A stretch of 63,392 bases of DNA, counting the filler, from Basidiobolus ranarum (lineage: Eukaryota): NCBI GenBank assembly GCA_040143965.1. It is 28 parts of 28 records of this genome, joined end to end, with 100 filler letters (N's around TTAATTAATTAA, not from the genome) between each part and the next. Parts side by side here need not be neighbours in the genome. Positions count along the whole stretch, not along the records: positions 13,658 to 15,830 come from JASJQH010003678.1; positions 15,931 to 18,103 come from JASJQH010003679.1; positions 18,204 to 20,375 come from JASJQH010003680.1; positions 20,476 to 22,646 come from JASJQH010003681.1; positions 22,747 to 24,917 come from JASJQH010003682.1; positions 25,018 to 27,187 come from JASJQH010003683.1; 22 more parts are not named here. The stretch is one strand, 5' to 3'. Positions 13,658 to 26,324 of this stretch are shown here, one piece after another. Below the pieces are notes generated by a model. That model ran no database searches and was not told the origin of the DNA. It saw only the letters and a list, made by a program, of their open reading frames with translations. Positions within the stretch are counted from its first letter, which is position 1. Each line of letters opens with the position of its first letter. Position numbers and translations under genes: made by a program.

Positions 13658-13771
13658 GCTTGTTCTCAGAATTTCATTGTTTTGGATAACTTCCAACCAA
13701 GCCTTCTGCAAGCGAGAGATATCAACGGTAGGAACCAATTCATAGATGATATGGTTGAAGTATGCTCCCTT
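13658..13771 (-). CDS. NRPS condensation-domain N-terminal fragment, abutting CACTA sequence
   Basis: GAYFNHIIYELVPTVDISRLQKAWLEVIQNNEILRTS fits the C-domain consensus D..RL..AW..V....ILRT; only ~38 aa are visible. Confidence 0.65.
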
Positions 13772-14906
13772 TTTGTGTTTAGTCTCAACATATGCATATA
13801 CTTGACTGTCAGACATAACTCAACAACATCAATATGCTTTACCTGCAAACTAATGGTGGAAATATTGCTCAACATCCAAGATTTTGAATAGCACAGACAG
13901 TTGGCAAATAGCTGACTCTTGTTACCATTCAAAATGAAATAAGCTCTTGGATTTTGGCAAATTTCCATAAGGAATTCAGCCAAAATATCACCAACTTGCG
14001 GCCAACAAATGTCCTGCTACCAGTAGATGCGTCATTGCTTGAATAGAATACTCCATGGCTGAAATAGTAATACTGAGAATCTTTATTGATTGCACCTGCA
14101 GGTCTATCTTGCTGCTTTTCTAGAAATACTATCTGATTATCACACAAATAAATTAGTCCAAATTATAGAGGTACTCACTCTGTTTCCATAGATTGGGTTT
14201 TGTTGCTGTTATTGTGCTCAATCAATGCAAAAACCCATGAGCAGATTGCAACAAGCCTTTTTTTGGAAGGTTAATATACCCTGGAGTCTCCTTAACCCAT
14301 TACATTACATCCATGACTGATTTTATGGATACATTGTTAATCAGATCAGCATATGATCATACTGACAATTTCACATGGAGCATCATTTCACCACAGGTGC
14401 ACTCCATTGGGAACACCCAGAATGTTTAGCAAGAGCCTATCATCTCTAAGCATTGTGGATGATGCAGCAGGCAATGTATTGAATACCAGCTTAGATTCAG
14501 TCTATCTTCTTTAAACCGGTAATAAAGTTTTTCATATCCAATTACAAAATCTTTGTACTGTTGATATATCTACCAGAGATCTGCTAGTGTGAGTTGATGC
14601 CATAAGAATATATTAACAATATCCACAAACAACTCCCTATGTTGCCAATACTTATCAGCAGATATTTTTTCAAGATCCCACTAGAACATGTACAAATCCA
14701 ATAATTCCAGTCTTTGGATTTGAATGAACAGCTGGATGAGTGGATATTGATAGGAGACCTAGTAAAATATGATGGTATCTAGACATTTTCAAGCATATTC
14801 CCAATCAATTCAAACTTTGATCCTGTCTTTAATGGCTCATGGATATTGAATTTTCCACTATATAGCTGAGCAAGCAGTCTTGGAATGTTGTTGAATAGTA
14901 AGTGCG
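13772..14906 (-). mobile_element. CACTA transposase, C-terminal part, degenerate
   Basis: KDWNYWICTCSSGILKKYL...YWQHRELFVD; matches 36359-37525. Confidence 0.85.
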
Positions 14907-15175
14907 CTCTAACTGAAATTTGAGGATTGTTATCATAGGAACAACATGACAATTTTAATCCATTTTGGTTTGACCATTTACTTCCCATCATAAAATTGTC
15001 AACTTAGATTAGATTTTCATGAATTTGTTTAGTTTCAGGAGTGAAACTTCCAGATCTCATACAATAGTTTCACATCATTGGCTACAATCTCAGAGAACTA
15101 TGGATCAATACATGTACAGAAAAGTAACTTAAATAATACCCATTTACTACTTAAATATTAATTTGTCACCTTTAC
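14907..15175 (-). mobile_element. CACTA terminus (ORF2 side) joined into a transposase of the same family
   Basis: CTCTAACTGAAATTTGAGGATTG is a variant of the reverse complement of the terminus ending at 46629. Confidence 0.7.
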
Positions 15176-15179
15176 AGTC

Positions 15180-15830
15180 AATACTTTGTTAATGGATCAA
15201 TGATCCATACTTGGGTGATTCCAATCATTGTATACATGAAACTACCAACTATGGACCAATAAGGGAACTCTTGGCATTGATTAGAGTAACTTTTGGCCAA
15301 TTAAGATGAAATTTTGATTAATTGTACAGTAGGATCAAGAGGTTTTGATACAGGCTTGCTATTCTCCATGTTGAAGCACTTTTGGATGTCTAGGATGTAT
15401 CTAGACTGATTCAGCATGATTTTCTGATTGGGTTTATCTTTTTTGATCTGGATTCCAAGAAAATAACTTATTTCACTCCTCTGTGACATCTGAAATTGGT
15501 CTGACAAGCTGCTTTTTGTCTGATTAAGTGCTTCTGGATCATTTGTGGCTATGTTCAAGTCATCCACATATAGTGCCAAGATAGCAATTCCTCATCCAGT
15601 TCCTTTGATATAAGTACAGTGATCTGCTGTACAATTTGGAATTCCAGTGACTCTAAATAGGTATCTATTGGGTTGTACCATACCCTGGGTGCTTGCTTGA
15701 GTCCATATAGCCATTTTTGCAGTTTATAGACCATTTCAGAGGGTTTTGGGTCAACAAACCATCCGGTTGCTCCATATATATCTCTTCATCTAGATTGACA
15801 ATCATAAAGGCTGTCTTTACATTGATTTTG
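15180..15830 (-). mobile_element. Copia reverse transcriptase, degenerate
   Basis: [27 protein letters not shown]. Confidence 0.92.
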
Positions 15831-15930
15831 NNNNNNNNNNNNNNNNNNNNNNNNNNNNNNNNNNNNNNNNNNNNTTAATTAATTAANNNNNNNNNNNNNN
15901 NNNNNNNNNNNNNNNNNNNNNNNNNNNNNN

Positions 15931-16332
15931 GTCTAGAGCTCTCAATGGATATCTTTGAGTATGGATGTATTGAGAATTAATCAAGATTTTGACTACTTTG
16001 CATAACTTTGATTGAGGCCCACAAAATGATTTTCCTCTATATTTTCCTTCTACAATGCTATATCTCTTTAGGAAACCAAAGCTATGTTCTACTCCTGCTC
16101 TAAAATGGGAAAAAATGTTATTATAAAGCTTTTGCCTCTGTGAGTATCCCTCCCCTGGGCCTCTTGTTAGAAGTGACACATCCTAGCCTTCTGCATTCTT
16201 CCACAACATAAGCCAAATCAGCCATAGTCTTCTCATATCTTACAAATGGTGCATGCCTCTCAACCCAAAGCCTTTTCTCATGGTGTCTCCCTGGATGTGG
16301 CCCACTAAACCAAATGATGTTTCCTTCCAAAT
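15931..16332 (-). mobile_element. PIF/Harbinger-type (DDE_Tnp_4-like) transposase, C-terminal part
   Basis: GNIIWFSGPHPGRHH..., MADLAY, NNIFSHFRAGVEHSFGFLK (R..VE..FG.LK motif); second copy at 27288-27770. Confidence 0.8.
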
Positions 16333-17340
16333 CTTGTTCAGTGCTTGAAAGTCAACACTGATTCTTAGAGTTCCATCCTTCTTCTTTAAAAACAAAATAA
16401 ATACTTCCCATGGTGACTTGTTTGGGCTTATATATCCTTGCTTCAAGAGTTGTTCAATCTGCTTCCTAACTTCTGGTATGTCCAAGGGATTCAAGCAATA
16501 GGGTGTCTTGCTGACAGGTTCACACTCTCCTGTCTTATTTGCATGGCCTACTTTACTGGTAGATAGAAGCTCAGTCGATTACTCTGGTAATACATTCCAA
16601 TAGTCTTTCAATACTTCTGTTATTGCAGTGGGGATATCCTTGGACTCCTTGTCTTGCAATACAGCAATTAGAAATGTCTCCTGATTCTTCTTGACAGCTT
16701 GGCTGAACCAACTTTTACTGCCAGATATATCACCCTTCTGGCTGGTCTGGCTAAGGTTATACTCCACTTTGGCAGGGGTAGGCTGATAAGCCTTGCTTTC
16801 TTTTGTCAAAGTAATCTCATGGATTCTCCAGTAAGTATTTGGATCATGCTGGAATTGCCAAGCCTTTCCAAATGCTAAGTCAAACTTACAGCTCTCATAC
16901 ATGTAGGCTTTTATGTCATCCTGGTAGTCTCATATAGTAATCTGAAAGGGACTTGCAATTTGACATATAGATTGTGCTGTTCCATCTTCAGTAGAGACAC
17001 TGATGATAGGAGTACATTCTGACTATAGTTCCCCACTATCAGCAGACTAGGAAGATATATACCCATTCAATGATCATGAGTCAATCAGGTTTCTGGTTGC
17101 AGTTAAATTGTAGCTCAATTCAGTGATGTTGGTCTTCTTGAGTTCTCATTACATTGCAAAGATATTCTGCAGTTTGTTGCAAGTAGGCCTTAGCTTCTCC
17201 TTCCCAACTGTTGGCTGACTCTTCCATAGTCTTCTCAATGTTCAAGCACTTCATACTTTCCTCTGGCTCTCTGTCTGTGCAATATCTAACATAATGTCTC
17301 TTTTTATGGCATATAAAGCTCAATCATCTTTGCTTACATT
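16333..17340 (-). mobile_element. Degenerate Ty3/Gypsy gag-protease-RT
   Basis: RT start QIEQLLKQGYISPNKSPW...KKKDGTLRISVDFQALNK; decayed knuckle SFICHKKRHYVRYC. Confidence 0.85.
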
Positions 17341-17364
17341 CTTCAGTAATGAACTCTTGGTTAA

Positions 17365-17937
17365 CTGTAACAGAAATTTGGGGACTGTTAATATAGGGAA
17401 ACTGTCAAAGTTTTGATCCATTTTGCACAGATTGTTTTAATCCATGGGAAATTTCAAGTTCTTGCAATATAGTTGCACCTGATTAACTACAATCTCAGAG
17501 AACTATGGATCAACAAATGTGCAAAAAATGTCAATTGAATTTCAGACATATACCACTTTAACACTGATTTGCCACCTTTGAAATCCCTTGATTCTTGGAT
17601 ATATTCTCCTGAATATTTATATAGGGTTCTTCATACCCAAGGCTTAGCTCATGTCCAATGTAAGTTTTAATCAATATTTCCATCAAAGCTCACCATTGTA
17701 TTAATATTGTTGAATCAACATTCTTCCAGCTATCTGGTGGATATCCTGCAATGTTATGCCACTCTGCACCAAGTTATTCCCAGATGTCTGCATGGTCAAT
17801 AGCCAACTGATTGTCAAGTTAAATGTTCTTGTGCAGAGGCCACTTTCTGCATACTTGCACTGCATTTTTCCCTTCATGCTTTTGAAAATACTCCTCATGT
17901 ACTTTTACTACTTTAATATGTCCTTGTAGTGTGATAC
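17365..17937 (-). mobile_element. CACTA ORF2 3' part and terminus
   Basis: Homologous to 46000-46629; the decayed terminus reads CTGTAACAGAAATTTG. Confidence 0.75.
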
Positions 17938-18103
17938 TGTCACAATAAGGAACTGGACAAGGACTGAGAACAATGACAAGAGGCTAGAAGGCAGGAGAGT
18001 ACTTGGGTGTAGACCACAAGACAAGACAAGACTGGACAAGGAAGATACTTTGGCAAGAATCTTTATTGATAACTGGTGTTGATCAGACTGAGGTCTGATC
18101 AAG
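17938..18103 (-). repeat. LTR family D, probably Gypsy, 3' end
   Basis: Ends ...GTGACA on the minus strand, with AATAAA and (CTTGT)n. The same boundary occurs at 40695 and a diverged one at 35780. Confidence 0.7.
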
Positions 18104-18203
18104 NNNNNNNNNNNNNNNNNNNNNNNNNNNNNNNNNNNNNNNNNNNNTTAATTAATTAANNNNNNNNNNNNNNNNNNNNNNNNNNNNNNNNNNNNNNNNN
18201 NNN

Positions 18204-18351
18204 TCACAGTCATACCTTTGTTAGAGTCAGCTCCTTCTTTGATCTTGACAATGTAACGGTTGGAAACATCAACGATTTGAGCTTCAGAGATTGGTATAGC
18301 TAAAAGCACAGCAACTAGTGAGCCGATTGTAAGGATGCGAATGTTGACCAT
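18204..18351 (-). CDS. Secreted protein N-terminus, probably a subtilisin-like (S8) protease with an I9 propeptide
   Basis: Signal peptide MVNIRILTIGSLVAVLLAIPISEA, then NRYIVKIK (I9-type YIV.K); truncated by the contig end. Confidence 0.5.
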
Positions 18352-19528
18352 TGTTTTTCAAAACCAAAGTAGTAGTATTGAAGTAGTTAATGAGATATTG
18401 TTAAACTTTCATCATATTTTATATGTTTTTGATACAACTGACTAACTTATTATCTATATATCGAAAATGGATTTTGATTAGTATTCAGGTCATTTGACTT
18501 GTTCCAAACTTCACTTCCCTGTTGGGATCTATTCACGAAGAGTAACTGGGTATTATTCTCAGGCAAAAGCCAGTCACTATAACAACACTTCACACGCAGC
18601 TTGCACCGTTGTTGCTACACAAAGTTCCGTTACCCATTGCAGCCTCTTCTCATCAACGAACTGGTTTCTCCTGATGAGAAGCACTCGGTTATTCCAAATG
18701 TGTTTATTGATGAAGTAATAACAAGGCTTAAAATAGCGTATACGAAAAATATTGTTAGTTCTACATTAATCCCATATATTTCCCCTAAATCTTGATGTTC
18801 GGGTTAATCATTTCTAAATTAGTCGTTTACGAAAAATGAGAATGAAACTATTCCCGGCATTTAATTGCCTTGGTATCTTCCCAGGTAAGTTATAAGTTGA
18901 TGTTTCGATGGGATATTGGTGTGATATATTTTTCTCATGATACATTTTAGCAATGCAGTCATGTCTGAAGATCAATTGCGTATTTTGGAAAATAATATTG
19001 AATTTTATCCACATGAGTATTATTACCGATACACTCACCCGGTACAGTTTGAATACTAATCTTACCTGTTTGGTGAGCATACTTTTCCCTTTGAGAGTTA
19101 AAAGTCCTATCTCGTATCAAACACGGAGGCAAAAATAACACGTACCTCAGTATTTGTCCCACGAGTGACTAATAGGACATGAGTAAAACCGTCGGAACAG
19201 AATGTGTTTGAATTTACCGAGTGACTTGTACTCGGAATTTCATGTGATGAAGTGTATGGTCATTTAGACTTCATCATGTTAGGATGCGTGAGGCACAACT
19301 ACAACCTGAACTGAGTGCTCAATATATTTTCTAAAATATATGATTGTTCGAACCCTACATACCTGGTGATAATGATCTAATTACGGGTAAATTCATATAC
19401 ATCATTAGAAAATGTTTGACCTCAAATTTGATATAGAATTTGTCTAGATATCTTCCACTTTAGTTCCGAACTATTTTTGAAAAACCTCCGCTGAATGTGT
19501 CCAAGACAACAAAAATATAAAAAATACT

Positions 19529-19600
19529 GGGCTCAACCGGGAATTGAACCCGGGACCTCCACGACCCGAACGAGGAATCATACGACTAGACCATCGAGCC
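19529..19600 (-). tRNA. trnP-CGG: tRNA-Pro(CGG)
   Basis: 72-nt cloverleaf GGCTCGA...TT-CGG-GT...GGTTCAATTCC...TTGAGCC-C followed by a poly-T terminator; one T:T mismatch in the anticodon stem. Confidence 0.9.
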
Positions 19601-20347
19601 CTAGTTGTTGAATTATGACCAGTCATAACTGTTACTATAATCAGTAATCAAACTAACTGCAAATGTTACCTCACCTTTTTTTAATCATGCTCTTTGTGTG
19701 AATATGTTTGTTTGTGAGTGTTCATGCGTTAACAATAAGAAACGTATTTAGTAATAAGCCTGTATTTATAAACTGTTATCTCTCATTAGCCACTACACAC
19801 AGAACCGTTTTAAGTCAACTATTATTTAGGCTTCATAGGGTGAGAATCCGTTAGATCTTCACAATCCAGAATGTATTTCGCAAAAGGATCACCAAAGCTG
19901 CTATCCGTGGATAACCGAGCTAGTTCTACAACATCAAGAAAGTAATATATTGACTGAACTTCAGGCTGAATCATTTGAGCCAAAGTGAAAATATGCAATG
20001 CTTAGTTGAATGTTCCTGAAGTATCAAATACAGCGGACACTTCGTAACCTGCCTAATAGCCGAAAGTGCGATAAATTCAACACAAACATTTATTATGGTG
20101 TCAATCACGAATACATAACCATTCCTTTGAGTTCAATGAAATATCAGACGCCAATTTTATGGGAGTAAAAAGTCAAGTATTTAAAACACAATATTATTAA
20201 CATTGGGACATAGAAACAATTTTCTGCTTGGTAAGCTGAAATATATAGTACTTTCATCACAAATTGTTGTTTTTGAAGCTCCAACAGATGACTACCTATT
20301 AAGTTCGTTTAACCGAACAAAATGCCCTAACTACTCATATAATAAGA

Positions 20348-20375
20348 TGATGAGAGTGGGGTTCGAACCCACGCC
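20348..20375 (-). tRNA. 3' end of a tRNA, probably Leu, cut by the contig end
   Basis: GGCGTGGGTTCGAACCCCACTCTCATCA is a T-arm plus 3' acceptor strand typical of tRNA-Leu; the anticodon is not in the window. Confidence 0.65.
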
Positions 20376-20475
20376 NNNNNNNNNNNNNNNNNNNNNNNNN
20401 NNNNNNNNNNNNNNNNNNNTTAATTAATTAANNNNNNNNNNNNNNNNNNNNNNNNNNNNNNNNNNNNNNNNNNNN

Positions 20476-22020
20476 TTTTCCCTGATTCATTCTGACCTAT
20501 GTGGGCCCATGAAAAATGTCTCACTGGGTGGGAAAAGGTACTTTATGACCTTTATTGATGACAAAACAAGATATACTTGGGTATTCATTTGAAAAACAAA
20601 ATCTGAAGCCTTAGCTGTGTTCAAGCACTACAAAGCAATGGTAGAGAAAGAATCAGCACACAAAATAAGGGTACTAAGGAGTGATAATGGTGGAGAAAAC
20701 TGCTCTAAAGTCTTTGCTAGTTTTTACTCTAAATATGGAGTTAAGCAACAAACTACTGTACCTTATACTCCACAGCAAAATGGAGTTATAGAATGAGCTA
20801 ATAGGACCATAGTAGAGATGTCAAGATGAATGTTACATGATCAAATGTTTGATTATCAATATTGGACTGAATGTGTCTCCATAGCAGACTATATCAGAAA
20901 TAGATACCAGACAAAAATGCTACAGAATTCAACTCCATTTGAAGCCCTATAAGAATCAAAAGCAAGTGTAAATCATCTGAGGATCTTTGGTTGCAAAGCA
21001 TATTGCCAAATTCCAGCTCAAAAATGCTCCAAATTGGAATCCAAAGCAGAATATGAATATATCTTGGTTACTTTGATAGCTCAAAGGCCTAGTGACTGTT
21101 TGATACTGAAAATCAAGAGTTACTCAAGTGCAGAGATGTGATTTTTGATGAATAGGCAAATTTTTCACATCAAGTCACAGTTCTTGATCCAGAGGACAGA
21201 CTCAGCAATGTTCAGGAAGTGCCTGACAGAATTCCAGCTGTAACTGAGCAATATTCAACCAATATTTCAGTCCCAATTACATCAAACAATGCTTTAGGAC
21301 CCTGAACATCATCAGGAAGGGGAAATAAGCCAGGAAACTGGTGGAAAACTTCCAATGATGATATATATGCTTATGCAGCCTCCTGTGACAAGCTGCAGAC
21401 TCTAGATCAAGCTCTGGAGTGTCCAGGATCAAAATATAAGAAAAAGCAATGTCAGATAAGTTTTCTTCACTTCAGGATAATAAAACATGGGATTTACAGC
21501 ATCTACCATCTGCAAGAAAGCCAATAGGTTGCAAATGGGTCTATAAAGTCAACAACCAAGCTCATGGAAAAATAGAAAGGTACAAAGCAAAATTAGTTCC
21601 AAAATACTACTCCCAGACTTCTGGAGTTGAATTTAATGAAACCTTTGCTCCAGTGGCTTGGCTTAGCTCCATTAGATCATCCTGGCACTCTCTGCCATCA
21701 ATAACCTTGATTTTCCTCAAATGTATGTAAAAACAGCCTTTCTGAATGGAAATCTTGAAGAAGAGATCTATATGGAGCAACCAGAAGGATTTGTCAACCC
21801 AAAACACCCTGAAATGGTGTGTAAACTGCACTAATAACTATATGGACTCAAGCAAGCACCCAGGGCATTGTTCCACAAGATGGATACCTATTTGGAATCA
21901 CTAGAATTCCAAAAATGCACAGCAGATCACAGTATTTACATCAACACAAATGAAACTGCATCCTTATCTTGGCACTATGTGTGGATGACTTGATGAAAGC
22001 TACAAATGGTCCAGAAGCAC
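20476..22020 (+). mobile_element. Copia integrase-RT, degenerate
   Basis: [59 protein letters not shown]; integrase precedes RT (Copia order). Confidence 0.95.
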
Positions 22021-22347
22021 TTAATCAGACAAAAGGCAGCTTATTCATATTCTGATTATTTAGCACTCAATTCAGCCATTCAAAAATGTGTGCTCATTGA
22101 TCTAATTGAAGGAAATATTAATTATATCACTTTTACCTATTTCAACTATTTTCTCAAAACTTCTCAAAATCACCTCAAATCTTCACCCATGCTTAACAGG
22201 CATGTTTGTTATGAGCTAGGCACATCTAGTAGTCCTATTTCTTATTTGATTACAAATGGGATATATTCAATTTAACAAACTTGAGTGTCTTATTCACAAA
22301 CTTAAATTTTGTCCACAACACTTCCAAATCCCCTAAACATTTTATCA
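22020..22347 (+). repeat. LTR family C, 5'-truncated
   Basis: Ends CCCTAAACATTTTATCA, as in the 48244 copy. Confidence 0.8.
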
Positions 22348-23039
22348 GAAGAGCCAAGAAATTGACTCATTACCCTCTGGTTGTTCCAGGGACTCATACA
22401 TTAGGGTACTCTTCTCACAGGCATGTTATCTAATGAATATTGTGATGCTCATCACTTAAAGATAGAAGCTCTCTCTTTTCCTATGCATTCTGATATCTCT
22501 TGAATGCTTTAAGTACTGCAGCAGAAATAAAGTTATGCTCCTTGTCTTTATCACAGCCATTCCAAGCCTCTGAAGCATATCAACTGCTTGGCTGAAACAG
22601 AGGGATATTATATAGATCAAAGCCAACCAGTTCCAAGTTCATGTCTNNNNNNNNNNNNNNNNNNNNNNNNNNNNNNNNNNNNNNNNNNNNTTAATTAATT
22701 AANNNNNNNNNNNNNNNNNNNNNNNNNNNNNNNNNNNNNNNNNNNNCTTTCCCCCTAGTGAAAAAGCTTTGAGCCTTAGCACCATCCAAATCTGCCTCAT
22801 ATTCTTCATCCTTTCTTTAACTAGATACTCCACCCTATGTCATAGTAGAATAATAAAGATTCCTATTGCAACTGAACTAGGTTGGACTATTCAAGATTGC
22901 AGTTCAGATTCAATCATGGTTATCTTCAATCTATCAGCCATAGAATATACTTCACTCTTAATCAAAGTCCTTGCCAATCTTAAAAGAACTATATCTTTTT
23001 CTTCAGACTTCAAGTGAGAGAAACCGCCAGAGTTTTATC

Positions 23040-24917
23040 TACTCTTGTAGTGTTGAAGATATGACCGGAAAGATGTAGATCAAAATGCAAACTTTGATCA
23101 AACAAGTAAGACCAGACAACTTTGAGGACATGCTGCTAGAAGTTCATCTTGGTTATTCCAGTACTGATGGTGGTATATCAGAGTATGAAGAAGAAGACAA
23201 TGTGTTTGGTTACTAACTCTTTGTTATTGGCAGTCATTAGTATACTCATACTACTTGCAGTAAAAGAAGCAGCTTTAATTACTGAGGAGTGGAGAGTTCA
23301 ATCCAATCTTAGCAACCAGGTGTTTATTGGTTTTCTTACACTTTTACCACAGTTGATTGGCTACTGTTGCTTGCCACAGGCCTGGTGCAAGTGGAAAACA
23401 CTTGTCAATTGGATGACTTATAATCCTTCAGTAATTAAACTACCTTCATGTCCAAATGGCAGTTTGGATATCGCCATGATCTGAAAAACCTGAAGTCATG
23501 CACTGTATTCTCATGATAGGCAATCACTGAATGAGGTAAAAGCCATTCATATTTGGCATATAAAATGTGGATTTCCCATCTCAACATTCCGATGGCATCA
23601 CCCAGATAAAGATCATTGATCCATTGCCAAAGTACTCACCATAAAGCTGATGGTATTACCAATATACTTAATGGGTATCACTACCACAATCTGAAAATTC
23701 AAGGCTTCTGTGAGAATACATATGATCATGCATTTGCATTGGCTCTGAATGGTTTCTTGCTAAACAAGTATGATGTTGGAATGGCGTGATGGCCAATAAC
23801 TTTAATTAACTTATATATTTGCCTCTCTGAGTGGTATAGGAGTCATAATATTTTGATACTATCCATCCTATCTGAGCTAAAATCACCAGTGCTTATAGAT
23901 AGCTTCTTGGAGCCTTAGACTGTGAAATTGGAATGGGTATCAAATGGGGTTCAGATGGGAGAGTATTTTTTAAAGCTATGTCATTATATGTGATTGCAAA
24001 ACTCCTGCCATCAGCAAATTTGGAGGTTTTTGTGGGCACAATGCACATTCTTACTGTAGATTTTGTCAAATCAATGGAATTTACTCCATCAGGCATATGC
24101 ATTACTAGTATCAAAATACATCACTAAACTCCATAATTTTAATGTCAAGAGCCTGGTCAGATTTCAACATGCCTGCTGATATCAATTTGCCAAGTTGTCA
24201 GTCTAATATCAAACTTGGGTTTAGTTGTAAGCCTATGTATATATAGTTTAAGGAGATCAGCTGGAGCCAGAGTTTCCCATTAGGAGCTATGCACTTACTG
24301 GTCAACAACATTCCAATGCTACTTACTCAGCTGTATGGTGGAAAATTTGTTCTGAATATACCATAAAAGACAGGATCAAAGTTTGAATCAATTGGGAAAA
24401 TGCTTGCAAGCATCAAGATTCCAACATATTTTACCTATACCTCCATCAATATCTACTTGTCTTGGTGTGGTTTTAAACTCAAAGACTGGAAGTATTGGTT
24501 TGTATAAATTCAAGTGGAATCTTGAAATGATTTCTGCCTGGTAAGTGCTGACAGCATTGAAAGTTATTTGTGTATTTCATTGATATTTTCTTATGGCATT
24601 AACTCACATTGGCAGATAGAGTTACAGTGTGAATATTTTGTAATTGGATATGAAAACTTCTTTACATGTTTGAAGAAGATAAATGGAACTTATGCTTGTT
24701 TCAATACATTCCCTGCTTCATTTTTCACAGTGCTTAGTGATTATAGATACTTGCTATACATTCTTGGAGTTCCCAATAAAACATTTGAGCCAAAGTCTAA
24801 GAGATTATTCTCATTATGAGTGGTAGCAAGAGTCAGCTATTTGCCAAGTATCAGTGCTATTCAAAATTTCAGATGTTTAGCAAATTTTCAACGATGAGTT
24901 TGCTGGTAGAGCATATT
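23040..24917 (+). mobile_element. CACTA Tnp2-like transposase, largest fragment, degenerate
   Basis: GGFCGHNAHSYCRFC, SFPLGAMHLL and KDWKYW, with many stops and frameshifts. Confidence 0.85.
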
Positions 24918-25017
24918 NNNNNNNNNNNNNNNNNNNNNNNNNNNNNNNNNNNNNNNNNNNNTTAATTAATTAANNNNNNNNNNNNNNNNNNNNNNNNNNN
25001 NNNNNNNNNNNNNNNNN

Positions 25018-25663
25018 CTGGCCCAAGACCTTCTCCTATCCCAGGACGCACAACGGTGTATTATGGCTTATTTCAGCAGTGTACTACAGGTGGACGCTGT
25101 GATTCATTCCCCAACAATAGTAATGGTGACTGTCAGGAGCCAGGCTTTTGCATTCTCTGGACTTTAGCCAGAATCGTAATGATTCTAGCTGCCGTTGTAG
25201 GTTCATACTTGATCATTCATCTTCTTGGTCTTGTTTTTGGTGGTGTAGAAAAGCGCCAAAGAGGATGGAAAGTGGTGGTTCTTGTGTTGAATATCATGAG
25301 TAAGTATATCATATATTCTCACATTAATTGTCTAAATAGATACTTATTTTCCCTTCAAAACTAGTTTTCCTTCAAATCACCGGTATGGCAGTCATAGCCC
25401 ACTTGTTCTCTACTTCAACCCTTTTTTATGTCGGCGCAAACTATGGTAGCTGCTTCATTTTTAACATCATTAGCTGGATCATCGAACTGTTTGCTGCTGG
25501 GTTCCTCTTTGTATATGCTTGGAGATACAGTGGTATTGTTGAGTACGAACCCATACCTGATGATACAGCACATGAACATACTTCCACAAACCCACCACCA
25601 GTAGTATTATCTGAAGAGCCAGAGGAAGTCCCAGAAGATCAACGTGTGCGCGTGCAGGAATGA
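25018..25663 (+). CDS. Claudin/PMP22/Sur7-like tetraspan membrane protein, 5'-truncated
   Basis: YGLFQQC...C motif and hydrophobic helices; intron 25300-25364 (GTAAGT...CTAG) joins the two ORFs in frame. Confidence 0.65.
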
Positions 25664-26324
25664 AGTTGATCGAGTTTTTATATGTCAATCCACACTCTAT
25701 TTTGAGGTCTCTGTCATGTGTGATGATCCGTAGCTAAAATTCCTACATATCAAAGAACCCTTTCATAACCCTAAGTTTTGGTTTGAACTCACACTCGATG
25801 CAATAACCGGATTATGTTGTGATTTCGACTCATTCGTAAAATCCTCCTTTGTCCGCTGTAGCTGCTACTAATGAAACTAAGTAATATAAATTTATCGGTC
25901 ACAGCGAATCATTGGCCAGATTAATCGTATCAGAATTAATAAAGTTGCGAGATCAAAGGATGAGTTGGTGGCTGACAACTGCTGAGCTTTTAGTTTATTA
26001 TGGACCAACCAGATATGTCAAGTGCTACTCCTAATTTAAGGCGCATTTAATGAACGATGAGTGTGATTTGGTGTGATATATAAGTTCCTTGTGCTTGAAT
26101 ATTAGTCAGATTCATTCTGGTGAAGAATTGTGCTACAAAACGTGACCGTTATCTTGGAATTTCTTGTCTCAGTTCCAAGCGAATTCTTCTTATTAACGCT
26201 AGAGTACCCTCAACATACTGCCAGACTCCAGCACTTCTTTGCAACTAGATATTGACTACTCTTCCTTCTTGAGAAAGTGGCCAGTCTCCAAATAACCAGC
26301 TATATTCTCTAGTTTGCTCTATCA

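Noticed and set aside
19240-19315. Possible box C/D snoRNA (GTGATGA...CTGA) with a small hairpin
   Set aside because: Short motifs expected by chance; no guide target or terminal stem identified.
22747-23020. Possible LINE RT fragment (minus strand ...KAFSLGGK)
   Set aside because: A single weak motif; not enough without a search.
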